Positions 19,387-27,899 of a DNA stretch of 64,000 bases are shown piece by piece. The position numbers were made by a program, and so were the translations under genes. Source of the DNA: Alphaproteobacteria bacterium. Its GTDB lineage: Bacteria > Myxococcota_A > UBA796 > SXON01. Below the pieces are notes generated by a model. The model was not told the DNA's origin, searched no databases, and saw nothing but the letters and a program-made list of their open reading frames with translations. The DNA lies in assembly GCA_040376425.1 (NCBI GenBank), contig JBEIQS010000002.1, forward strand, positions 60,173 through 124,172, read 5' to 3'. Each line of letters opens with the position of its first letter. Within the stretch, counting starts at the first letter, position 1.

Positions 19387-20559
19387 CTATCCCTCGCGTA
19401 CCCAGCCCTCTCCCACGGCCCGGCGAATCAGCGGCACCCGTACCGGGCCAAATTCGGCGCAACCCGGTCCTCCCAAAAGCATTACGCTCAGACGACGCCC
19501 GCCTCCACACTCTCCCCAGTCCGTCCAGGTGGGCAGCAGCTCCAGCTCCTGCAACACCACCTTGCCCTCCGCCCGACCATAGCGTACCCGCAGAATCCCA
19601 CTGTCCCGACGTAGTCCGTCCCGAAGGGAGCTTGCAGGCTTATAACCAGCCCCTTGACCCGTCAAGAAGTTGCCCAAACTATAGGCGACAAAGCTGCGCC
19701 GACCGTCGGCAGTGAGAAGCTCTTCGATGGGCTGGAGCACGTGGGGATGGTGACCAAAGATGCCATCGATCCCGCCCTCCAGAAGCTGAATCGCCAGACG
19801 ACGTTCGGTGTCCCGGGGCTGGGTCTGGTACTCGATGCCCCAGTGGATCGAGAGGATCACAATTTCTGCCCCGGCGTCGCGCGCTTTTTTGCCCTCCGCC
19901 AAAATCTTCGCCGCGTCCAGCTTGAACACGCAGGGATCCTGCGGGCGCCGGTTCCGATAGTAATTGTGCACATCGGTGGTGGAGATCCAGCCCACCGTAA
20001 AGCCGTCGGCCTTCAGGAGCTTGGCCGTTGTGGCGGCAGAACAGTCGCGCCCGGCGCCGGCGTAGGCAAGTCCCTGCGCCTCGATGTGGCCCACGGTCTC
20101 CACGAGGCCACTCACGCCCTGGTCCCAGACATGGTTGTTGGCGAGAGAGAGTGCGTCAAAGCCCGCGTTTTTCAAGGCCGGCAGCATAGCCAGGGGCCCG
20201 TCAAAGACGACGTTCACCACCGGAACCTGGGTGGCCGGGGCCACGGGGGTCTCCAGGTTCACAAAGGCGAGGTCTGCCTGCTGGATGGTGGGAGCAACCG
20301 CCTCAAAAAGGCGATCCCAGCCCTCATTTCCATAGGACCGAGCATAGCGCTCTGCCGCCGCTTTCACCGAGTCGTGCGGGATCATGTCCCCCACCGCCAC
20401 CAGCTCCAACAGCGGCGGGGGAGGGGGAGGACGTGGCGGAGGGGCTTCCAGGATCCGGGCAACTTCCACCGTCTCCGCCGCCGGAGCCGAGAGGCAGCCA
20501 CCCAGAACCAGAAGACTAGCTGCCCGCAGGCAGGGTGGCCGTGAAGTGTCCAAGGGCAT
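19387..20559 (-). CDS. CapA/PgsA-type metallophosphatase-fold protein (poly-gamma-glutamate synthesis family), lipoprotein
   Basis: Lipobox LVLGGC, plus VAVGDMIPHDS, FVNLETP and LANNHVWDQG. The first 44 nt overlap the upstream HMA gene. Confidence 0.7.
   Translation of the reverse strand: MPLDTSRPPCLRAASLLVLGGCLSAPAAETVEVARILEAPPPRPPPPPPLLELVAVGDMIPHDSVKAAAERYARSYGNEGWDRLFEAVAPTIQQADLAFVNLETPVAPATQVPVVNVVFDGPLAMLPALKNAGFDALSLANNHVWDQGVSGLVETVGHIEAQGLAYAGAGRDCSAATTAKLLKADGFTVGWISTTDVHNYYRNRRPQDPCVFKLDAAKILAEGKKARDAGAEIVILSIHWGIEYQTQPRDTERRLAIQLLEGGIDGIFGHHPHVLQPIEELLTADGRRSFVAYSLGNFLTGQGAGYKPASSLRDGLRRDSGILRVRYGRAEGKVVLQELELLPTWTDWGECGGGRRLSVMLLGGPGCAEFGPVRVPLIRRAVGEGWVREG
19653..19666. promoter_or_regulatory. 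Palindrome CTTGAC-CC-GTCAAG (TTGAC-N2-GTCAA family)
   Basis: Read directly. It lies inside the capA-like CDS. Confidence 0.3.
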
Positions 20560-20884
20560 TCACCGCCGAGATCAGCTTGTCAGCACCGGTCTTCTTGCTG
20601 TCATAGGCAACTTCCACCTTGTTGCCGGCCAGGTCGACCTGAGCGCCGGTCACCCCTTCCACGCCCATCAACGCGGCATGGACCTTGTCCGCGCAGGCGC
20701 CGCAGGTCATTCCGGAAACGTTCAGGGTGGTATGGGTGCCATCCTTGGGAAGGGCGGCGGTGCTGGCGGTGGTGGCGGGCATGTTGCAGTGAGACTTGCC
20801 TTCCCCAGCTTTGGCGTGCTCCCCTTCACAGGCGAGGGCGGCGGGGGCAGCAACAAGGAGAGAGACCAGAACGAGAGAACGCAT
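20516..20884 (-). CDS. Secreted heavy-metal-associated (HMA) domain protein
   Basis: Trimmed to ATG 20884. Signal peptide MRSLVLVSLLVAAPAALA, a Cys/His/Met stretch CEGEHAKAGEGKSHCNMP, and the HMA motif GMTCGAC. Confidence 0.8.
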   Translation of the reverse strand: MRSLVLVSLLVAAPAALACEGEHAKAGEGKSHCNMPATTASTAALPKDGTHTTLNVSGMTCGACADKVHAALMGVEGVTGAQVDLAGNKVEVAYDSKKTGADKLISAVNALGHFTATLPAGS

Positions 20885-20946
20885 GACGACTCCAGGTTTC
20901 CGTACAAGGCTAACCACTGGCGGCAGGTGTGGCTGGTCGCAAACGG

Positions 20947-22653
20947 TCATTCGGTGGGGGCCGGGTTCCGGCGCACCCAGTGGTCGTACACAAACATACC
21001 CACCACGGAAGCGCCCGAGATCGCGATAAAGGTCCACCAGACCTGTCCCGGCTCGTAGCTGTTGTACAGCAGTACGCGAAGGCTGTCGTGGGTGGCCACT
21101 ATCCCACCGGGAAGCTGTGGAACCACGGCAACTGCGTAGTCCAGCACCTCGGCCCGGGGCACCAGGTCCACCAGGATTTTTGGCAGGTCTGGCGCTGCTG
21201 CCAGTTTTTGTAGCACTTCCGACGCCGGTACAGACTCGCCAAGCTTCAGCGCCTCCCGCGCTGCAGCCACCAGCTCCCGCAGCGCGCCCGCCGTCCAGCC
21301 CGAGCCGGAGAGTGCGGTGGTGGCCGCCTCGCCCTCCAGGCTGCCCACCTTTCCTACCAGGACCGCAGCCTGCTCTACCCAGCCCTTCGCCAGCGCCGGA
21401 TCCACCGCCTGATCGGCCAACCAGCCGCGACAAAGGTTCACTTTGTCGCCAAGCTCATCATAGGCCGATCCGGCAACCACCGAGCCAAGCACCCACCCGA
21501 TTCCGTCGGGCATATTGGCATAGCCAAGATAGAGCGCCCGCTTTCCAGGAGGCGCCAACGATGCCATGTACTCCTGCCGCTTGGGGCTGGACAACATCTC
21601 GCCGATGGTGAAGATGACTACGCCGGCAAGCACTGCGTACACATCTGCCGTCCATACAAACAATAAAAAGGCGCCAGTGGCAAGCATCATGCCCACCATG
21701 GTGGAGGTGAGCACCCGCAGCCGACTGGACAGCCAGGCAAAGATGAACATGGTGAACATGATGATCAGCGCGTTGATGTTCAACAGCCGCTCTTGCGGCA
21801 CATGCTCGCCCGCATTTCCCGCATCGATCCAGCTCTGTACCCCCAGCGCCCCACCCAGATCCCGCAGCAGCACCGAAGAGTCCGTCCAGTCGTCCACATA
21901 GTTCGGCAGCATGTCAAAGAGCTGGTGGAAGCTGAACCAGAAGCCGGCCGAGATGAACACGAAGGCCAGCAGGCGCGGACTGGTGAACAGCGTGGCGACC
22001 GACTCGACGACCAGCGCAAAAACGCCGCGCTCGTCCTTCTTATTCTGCCGTTCATCCACGGGATCCTGGTAGAAGAACAACGGGACAAGGTTGAAGCAGA
22101 CCATCAGCGAGCAGGCGTAGAAGAGGCTGGGCCAGCCATAGATATCGCGGGTATAGATCGGGATGTAGGCCGAGATTGCCGCGCCTACGTTGACCGACTG
22201 GTAGAACAGGCCCCAGCCCATCGACGCGGAATCCGGCGACTTGGCGATGGAGTGCGCCATGGTCCCTTGGATACCTGGCTTAAAAAGCCCGGTTCCCGCC
22301 GCCAACAACTGCGTGGCCACGAACATGCCCCAGAAGTCACCCGCCTGCGCCATGAACAGGTAGCCGACCGTCTTCAGAAATACCGACACCGCGATGGTGC
22401 GCTTGTAGCCGAATCGGTCCGAAAATCCGCCTGCAAAGGTGGGAAGCCAGGACTGCATCGCCGCCCAACAGGCCAGGATGGTGCCCTTTTCGGTGTGGCT
22501 GAGGCCCGCACCGCCCTCGCTCTGCGCCAAAACCATAAAGACCGGGACCACCAAGCGCACGCCGTAGTAGGCCATACGCTCCATGAGCTCCATGAGGATG
22601 CAGATCCAGAAGACATAGTCAAAGGCACGAAGTTGTTGGGAGAGGCTGTTCAT
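20947..22653 (-). CDS. MFS transporter, POT/PTR2-like peptide permease
   Basis: Trimmed to ATG 22653. ELMERMAYYGVRLVVPVF resembles the POT signature. Multiple TM helices, with a soluble insert of about 120 aa before the last helix. Confidence 0.65.
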   Translation of the reverse strand: MNSLSQQLRAFDYVFWICILMELMERMAYYGVRLVVPVFMVLAQSEGGAGLSHTEKGTILACWAAMQSWLPTFAGGFSDRFGYKRTIAVSVFLKTVGYLFMAQAGDFWGMFVATQLLAAGTGLFKPGIQGTMAHSIAKSPDSASMGWGLFYQSVNVGAAISAYIPIYTRDIYGWPSLFYACSLMVCFNLVPLFFYQDPVDERQNKKDERGVFALVVESVATLFTSPRLLAFVFISAGFWFSFHQLFDMLPNYVDDWTDSSVLLRDLGGALGVQSWIDAGNAGEHVPQERLLNINALIIMFTMFIFAWLSSRLRVLTSTMVGMMLATGAFLLFVWTADVYAVLAGVVIFTIGEMLSSPKRQEYMASLAPPGKRALYLGYANMPDGIGWVLGSVVAGSAYDELGDKVNLCRGWLADQAVDPALAKGWVEQAAVLVGKVGSLEGEAATTALSGSGWTAGALRELVAAAREALKLGESVPASEVLQKLAAAPDLPKILVDLVPRAEVLDYAVAVVPQLPGGIVATHDSLRVLLYNSYEPGQVWWTFIAISGASVVGMFVYDHWVRRNPAPTE

Positions 22654-22783
22654 GGGGAGGATGTTATCACAGACTTCGCCAACGCCGGTCACAGAGGGGC
22701 CGTTGACATCGCCCGCTGCGGTGGGCACCTATACGAAATCAACCCTTTCCCAGTCCGGGGCTCGACCCACGGCAGGGGGATCC

Positions 22784-23914
22784 ATGCGGGATCTGTACAC
22801 CGTCCTGGGCGTCGCAAAAAACGCCGACCAGGCCACCATCAAAAAAGCCTTCAAGACGCTGGCCAGAAAGTACCACCCGGATGTGACCAAGGAGCCGGGT
22901 GCGGAGGAGAAATTCAAGGAGATTGCCGCCGCTTACGAGGTGATCGGCGATGAGCAGAAGCGGGCGCTCTACGACGAATTCGGCGAGAATTCCCTTCGCC
23001 CTGGATTCAACGCCGAACAGGCCCGCGCGTACAAAAACTTTGCGGGCGGCGGGGGCGGCTTCCCGGGTGGAGGGTTTCCCGGCGGTGGCAACCCCTTCGG
23101 CGGCGGCGGAGGCATCCGCTTCGAAGACCTGTTCGCCGGCGGCGACATGGGCAGCTTTTTCGGGGGTGGAGGCGGCGGTCGGGGGAGGGTGATGAAGGGC
23201 GCGGACATCGAAGGCCGCACCCGTATCCCCTTCATGGTGGCGGTCCGAGGGGGAGAAGTCCAGGTTCCCCTTCGGCGCCCCGCACATTGTAGTGCCTGCG
23301 GGGGCGAAGGCGGCACCGGGCAGCGCCCCTGTCGCGCCTGCGCAGGAAAAGGACGTAAGAACATGGGTCAACGCGGGCTGATCATGGCCTGCGATGAGTG
23401 CGGAGGCACGGGGGTGGAGTTCGCCAACACCTGCGCCACCTGCGATGGCACCGGACGGGCCCAGTCGGACCAGAAGCTCACCGTGCGAATCCCCGCCGGT
23501 GCGGAGACCGGAAAAAGCATCCGCCTGAAGGGGCAGGGAGGCGAGGGGGTCCGCGGCGGTCCCGCCGGGGATCTGGTGCTGAGTCTGGAGGTGGAGGACC
23601 ACCCGATCCTTCGCCGGAAGGGCAAGGATCTGGAGCTGGATGTGCCCATCACCCTGTCCGAGGCCATCGGCGGTGGCTCGGTAGAGGTACCCACCCCCAC
23701 CACGCCGGTGCGCGTCAAGATTCCCAAAGGTGCGGCCAATGGCGCACGACTCCGTGTGCCCGGCCGTGGCGTGCAGGCCCGCGACGGGGCGGGGGACCTC
23801 TACCTGATCCTGCGGCCGGTGATCCCCAGCGGCGTGACCGAGGAGTCGGTGGAGTGGGCACAGAAGCTGGATGCCCAGGGCAGTGGCGACGTGCGCGCGG
23901 GTCTACAGCTCTGA
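22784..23914 (+). CDS. dnaJ: Molecular chaperone DnaJ (type I, with zinc-finger domain)
   Basis: Trimmed to ATG 22784. J-domain DLYTVLGV...KYHPDV, a G/F-rich linker, and four CxxCxG motifs (CSACGGEG, CRACAGKG, CDECGGTG, CATCDGTG). Confidence 0.85.
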   Translation: MRDLYTVLGVAKNADQATIKKAFKTLARKYHPDVTKEPGAEEKFKEIAAAYEVIGDEQKRALYDEFGENSLRPGFNAEQARAYKNFAGGGGGFPGGGFPGGGNPFGGGGGIRFEDLFAGGDMGSFFGGGGGGRGRVMKGADIEGRTRIPFMVAVRGGEVQVPLRRPAHCSACGGEGGTGQRPCRACAGKGRKNMGQRGLIMACDECGGTGVEFANTCATCDGTGRAQSDQKLTVRIPAGAETGKSIRLKGQGGEGVRGGPAGDLVLSLEVEDHPILRRKGKDLELDVPITLSEAIGGGSVEVPTPTTPVRVKIPKGAANGARLRVPGRGVQARDGAGDLYLILRPVIPSGVTEESVEWAQKLDAQGSGDVRAGLQL

Positions 23915-23920
23915 AGTGAA

Positions 23921-23936
23921 TCTTGACGCGTCAAGA
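23921..23936. promoter_or_regulatory. 16-bp perfect palindrome TCTTGAC-GC-GTCAAGA
   Basis: Read directly, 7 nt after the dnaJ stop. It belongs to the TTGAC-N2-GTCAA family. Confidence 0.35.
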
Positions 23937-23995
23937 GACGAACAGCCCTTCAAGGCTCCTTACCCTCGGAGGACCATGAAATCCCGCGCCGCTGC

Positions 23996-24025
23996 TTGAC
24001 AAAACTGCCACTCCTCCGGTAAAAG
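23996..24025 (+). promoter_or_regulatory. Sigma-70-like promoter candidate for the lipoprotein gene
   Basis: TTGACA (23996-24001), a 17-nt spacer, then GTAAAA. GGAGG at 24036-24040 precedes ATG 24049. Confidence 0.3.
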
Positions 24026-24048
24026 TCCGGACTCTGGAGGAGTGTATC

Positions 24049-24945
24049 ATGCGGTGGATTCTGGCATTGGCCCTGGTGGGCTGCGACGGTGGTTCGACGA
24101 CGGATGATAGCGGCAGCAAGACCGACGACAGTGGTATCACCACAGAAATCAAGCTCAGCAAATACATCTACACCAACGTCACCTACAGCGGGGATACCTC
24201 CTGCTTCACCCCGCCCAACTGGCTGGCCAAGCCCACCGTGTGTGAAGGCTGCACCGCCGACCACGCGCTGAAAGGCTGGGTAGAGGATTTCGAGTCCGGC
24301 GACAACGTGCCCCAGGCCGATATCGCCCTGTTCTTCTCGGACGACATCTCCGCCTCCCCGGACGTGGAGATCAAGGCCGACGCCAACGGCGACTTCAGCA
24401 CCACCGTGCCCGCCTGTACCCCGCTCGGCTACAAGACTTCCACGCCCGCCGACTGGGAGCAGACCAAGGACACCTACGAAGTCCACCAGATCTGGGGCTT
24501 CGAGGCGGATGGGGAGCTGACCGAGCCCATCAACTCCGTCTCGGTGAGCACCTCCAAGATCATCCCTGCCATGTTGGCAGTGGAGTGGGAGCCCGGCACC
24601 GGCATCATCGCCGGCACCGCCTATGACTGCAACGAAGATCCGATCACTGGCGCCCAGGTGGTGGTCCGCAGTGCGGATGGCACCATCGTGGATGCGGACA
24701 TCTTCTACTTCATCGACAGCTTCCCGGCGCTGAACCAGCCCGAGAGCAGCGAAGACGGTCTGTGGGTGGCGGTGAATGTGCCCACGGGAGATTGGTATGT
24801 GGACATGTACGTGTGGGATGGCAGTGCGCATCAACTGATGGGCACCACTGTCCTGGAGATCAAGCCGGACTCGGTGAATATCTCCAACGTGTATACCGGG
24901 CGTGACGACGGGATCTACTACCCCGCCTCCTGCATCGCCGAGTAA
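24049..24945 (+). CDS. Hypothetical lipoprotein
   Basis: Lipobox LALVGC followed by a Ser/Thr/Asp-rich linker. No family recognised. Confidence 0.55.
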   Translation: MRWILALALVGCDGGSTTDDSGSKTDDSGITTEIKLSKYIYTNVTYSGDTSCFTPPNWLAKPTVCEGCTADHALKGWVEDFESGDNVPQADIALFFSDDISASPDVEIKADANGDFSTTVPACTPLGYKTSTPADWEQTKDTYEVHQIWGFEADGELTEPINSVSVSTSKIIPAMLAVEWEPGTGIIAGTAYDCNEDPITGAQVVVRSADGTIVDADIFYFIDSFPALNQPESSEDGLWVAVNVPTGDWYVDMYVWDGSAHQLMGTTVLEIKPDSVNISNVYTGRDDGIYYPASCIAE

Positions 24946-25007
24946 GCTGTACCGTATTCTGACCCACCCCCTCGGGCTGTCCCGAGGGGAAAGCCCCCGG
25001 AGGTTTT

Positions 25008-26630
25008 ATGCTTTCCCTGCTTTTGGCCCTGGCACAGCCCGCAATGGCGGACGCGCCGGACAACTGGAAGTTCTCGCTGGATGGCTACTACCGTGTCCGG
25101 GGCTTTGTGTTTCCCGGTCTGTTCCCCGGCCAGGTGAAGCCGGGAACCTACATGACCCACAAGATCCGGCTGCAACCCGGGTTGAACTTCCAGGATCGCG
25201 CCAAGTTCTTCATCATGGCCGACATGTTGGACGGCGTGGTGTTCGGGGACAACCAGTCGGTGGCATCGACAGCCTTGTTCGCCGGCGATCCCACCAACAC
25301 CAGCATCCGTGGCACCGCCATGGACCCGCTCACCATCAAGCGGGCCTGGATGGAGTTCAAGGTTCCCGTCGGCCTGGTGCGCGTGGGACGGCAGGCGTCC
25401 AACTGGGGCATGGGCCTGTTGGCCAACGAAGGGAACGGCTTCGACGACGCTTTTGGTGAAAACCAATATGGTTCCACCTACGACCGGGCGATCTTCGCCA
25501 CCCGGCCCATCTCCATCGTGCAGACCATTATGAAGAAGCGGGACTCCGGAATTCCGCTGGTGGTTGCTGTGGGTGTGGACCGACTGGTCGAGGATCCGCT
25601 GATCCAGTACTACGGCTACAAGTGTGACCCCGAGAAGGATACCGACGTAGGCTGCACCGAGGACGAAGATCACGGCTACACCGAGGATCGCACCGAGGAC
25701 AACCGCAACGAGACCTGGTGGGTGGACGGCCAGGACGACGTGTGGGAAATGATCTATGTGCTGTCCTACCGCGGCGAGGGCATCGCCCTGCCAGGCGGGC
25801 GGGTCGGCGACCTGATTGGCGGCGTGTATGCCGTCAACCGCATGCAGACGGAGACCAACTCCAACGTGCTGATCTTGGACGCCTACGGGAAGGTCGAGGT
25901 TGCGAATATCTACGCCGAGGGCGAGATCCTACACATCGGCGGCAACACCGAAGCCATCTCGCTGGCCGGTGCCGAGAACGTGGGCGCTGAAAGCCCGCTC
26001 TTCAAGAAGGCGGACATCTGGGGCTATGTCGTCCGCGCCGGCTACCAGAACCGCACCTTCACCGGCTACCTGGAGCACGGCTATGCCTCTGGCGACCCGA
26101 ACGTGGCCGATGCAGAGTTCACCGGAAGGCCGCTGCATCCCGACTACAACGTCGGATTGTTGCTCTACGAAGAGATCATCGCCCGTAGTACCGCGAATGT
26201 GTGGGGCCCGGACGCACAGGGACTGTGGAGCAACGGCGGCGTGTACAACAGCCGCTACATCTTCCCCACCGTCAAGTACCGCCCCCTGGACAACTGGGAG
26301 CTTCTGGGCGGATTTTTGATGGCCTGGCCCGACAAGGCGGACGGAAGCCGAATCCGCTGCTCGCCCGACGATCCGGTGCCCGAGGGCCAGGATCCGGCGC
26401 GCTGGAAGGACAAGTGCAACGCAACCTCAGATATGCTCGGTTACGAGATCGATCTGGCCGTGAAACATAAGTTTCATGATCACATCAACTTCACGATGGA
26501 GGGAGGCTACGCGCACGTCACCGACCGCATTCCGCTGTCCTCGGTGGGGTTGGACTACCGGGTGAACGACAAGGGCCAGGAAGTGGGTGACTTCTGGACC
26601 TTCCAAACGCGCATCGCCTACGAGTTTTAA
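25008..26630 (+). CDS. Outer-membrane beta-barrel (porin-like) protein
   Basis: Signal peptide ...AQPAMA/DA, abundant Gly/Tyr beta-strand pattern, and C-terminal RIAYEF. Confidence 0.5.
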   Translation: MLSLLLALAQPAMADAPDNWKFSLDGYYRVRGFVFPGLFPGQVKPGTYMTHKIRLQPGLNFQDRAKFFIMADMLDGVVFGDNQSVASTALFAGDPTNTSIRGTAMDPLTIKRAWMEFKVPVGLVRVGRQASNWGMGLLANEGNGFDDAFGENQYGSTYDRAIFATRPISIVQTIMKKRDSGIPLVVAVGVDRLVEDPLIQYYGYKCDPEKDTDVGCTEDEDHGYTEDRTEDNRNETWWVDGQDDVWEMIYVLSYRGEGIALPGGRVGDLIGGVYAVNRMQTETNSNVLILDAYGKVEVANIYAEGEILHIGGNTEAISLAGAENVGAESPLFKKADIWGYVVRAGYQNRTFTGYLEHGYASGDPNVADAEFTGRPLHPDYNVGLLLYEEIIARSTANVWGPDAQGLWSNGGVYNSRYIFPTVKYRPLDNWELLGGFLMAWPDKADGSRIRCSPDDPVPEGQDPARWKDKCNATSDMLGYEIDLAVKHKFHDHINFTMEGGYAHVTDRIPLSSVGLDYRVNDKGQEVGDFWTFQTRIAYEF

Positions 26631-26634
26631 GAAA

Positions 26635-27309
26635 ATGTTTCTCCTCTGGGTGGCGATCGGTCTCGCCGGCACGCCGGAAGATGTAAGCGTGGCCGGAAAC
26701 CGGGACCTCGCCGTGGAGGAGCGGCAGCCCGCCTTTGATCGGCTGGTGAGCGGGCAGGACGTGGCCGGACTGGTTGAGGTGGGGAAGAACACGGATCGGA
26801 CCGTGTCGGAGCGCTGGGTGGCTATCCGGGCCCTCGGGCTGGTGCCCACCGTTGAAGCGCGGCAGGCGCTGGTGGACTTTCTGGACCACGGGGATGTGTG
26901 GGCCAGGATCGCGGCCTCGGGCGCAGCCGGCGAGCGCGGCGACCGGAGCATGGCCGGAAAGGTGGCCATGCGGCTGACCGACCCGGCGATCCTGGTGCGG
27001 GCCGCCGCCGCCGAAGCGCTAGGAAAACTGAAAGATCCTGGCACCCTGGGCGACCTGGAGCGGGCGCTGAAGGACCCCACAAGCTGGTATCGCGGCACCT
27101 CGCTGTGGATCCGACGCAAATATGTCGAGGCCATGGCCAGTGTCGGAATTGAAAGTGGCCCCTACCTGGCGCGGGCGCTGGAGGACAAAGACCCCGTTGT
27201 CAGTGCCGCCGCCCTGCGCGGCCTGGAGCAGGTCGCCGGCTTCTCCTATAAAGAGGGACGGACGGCCGAGGAAGAGAAGGAAGCATGGCGCCGTTGGGCA
27301 GGGAAATAG
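26635..27309 (+). CDS. HEAT-repeat protein
   Basis: Trimmed to ATG 26635. Repeated xRxxAxxALGxL units are present (VAIRALGLV, VRAAAAEALGKLKDP, VSAAALRGLEQV). Confidence 0.6.
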   Translation: MFLLWVAIGLAGTPEDVSVAGNRDLAVEERQPAFDRLVSGQDVAGLVEVGKNTDRTVSERWVAIRALGLVPTVEARQALVDFLDHGDVWARIAASGAAGERGDRSMAGKVAMRLTDPAILVRAAAAEALGKLKDPGTLGDLERALKDPTSWYRGTSLWIRRKYVEAMASVGIESGPYLARALEDKDPVVSAAALRGLEQVAGFSYKEGRTAEEEKEAWRRWAGK

Positions 27310-27316
27310 GCGGCCA

Positions 27317-27775
27317 ATGGGAGCTTTGCTGCTATCTGGCCTGCTGTGGGCGGGGCCCGGAGAGCAGGCCGCCTTGGCGGAGCGTCGACATCTGATACGC
27401 CTTGGCGCCTGGGCCGGAACCAGCGCCCTGGGTGGCACGGTGATGCTGGTGGCCGGACGGAAAGACCCGTTCTATCGGCACCTCGGCATACAGAGTATCG
27501 GCTGGAGCTTGATTAACGGCGCGATCGTCGCCGCCTCCTGGAAGGGCACGGAAGAGCCCAAGACCGCCGACCAGATGGCATGGTCGCGCGAGTTTGTCAA
27601 TCTGAACCTCGGTTTAGACGTAGCCTACATGGGCGTGGGCATCACCCTGACCTGGACGGGGTTGCAAGAGCCACAGCGGCGGGGGCTGGCCGGAGCCGGT
27701 CTGGGCATCTCTATCCAAGGCGCTGCGCTGCTGATCCTGGATGCCATTCTGTTGGCCCAATATCCCAAACCCTGA
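27317..27775 (+). CDS. Small integral membrane protein
   Basis: Trimmed to ATG 27317. Four predicted hydrophobic helices. No family recognised. Confidence 0.5.
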   Translation: MGALLLSGLLWAGPGEQAALAERRHLIRLGAWAGTSALGGTVMLVAGRKDPFYRHLGIQSIGWSLINGAIVAASWKGTEEPKTADQMAWSREFVNLNLGLDVAYMGVGITLTWTGLQEPQRRGLAGAGLGISIQGAALLILDAILLAQYPKP

Positions 27776-27899
27776 GGAAAACGGGGCGGACCACCGCGCG
27801 CGTGGACGCGGGACACACAATAACATGTTCCGCATTTTCCATATACTTCCAATATTATTGACAATACAGTACAAATATAGCACCTACAACATTCCCGAC

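Noticed and set aside
22652-22783. Upstream extension of dnaJ (ORF start 22652), and similar extensions of polA, pbpC, the MFS gene, the HMA gene and others
   Set aside because: The canonical family N-termini (J-domain DLYTVLGV, 5'-nuclease LLLIDASN, signal peptides and lipoboxes) begin at internal ATGs. The extensions overlap neighbouring genes.
24968-24989. 9-bp-stem hairpin (cccctcggg-ctgt-cccgagggg) between the lipoprotein and porin-like genes, considered as a terminator
   Set aside because: No U-tract follows. It lies 19 nt before the next gene's ATG, with a GGAGG just after it. It is more likely an intercistronic stabilising or processing element within one operon, so I did not list it as a feature.
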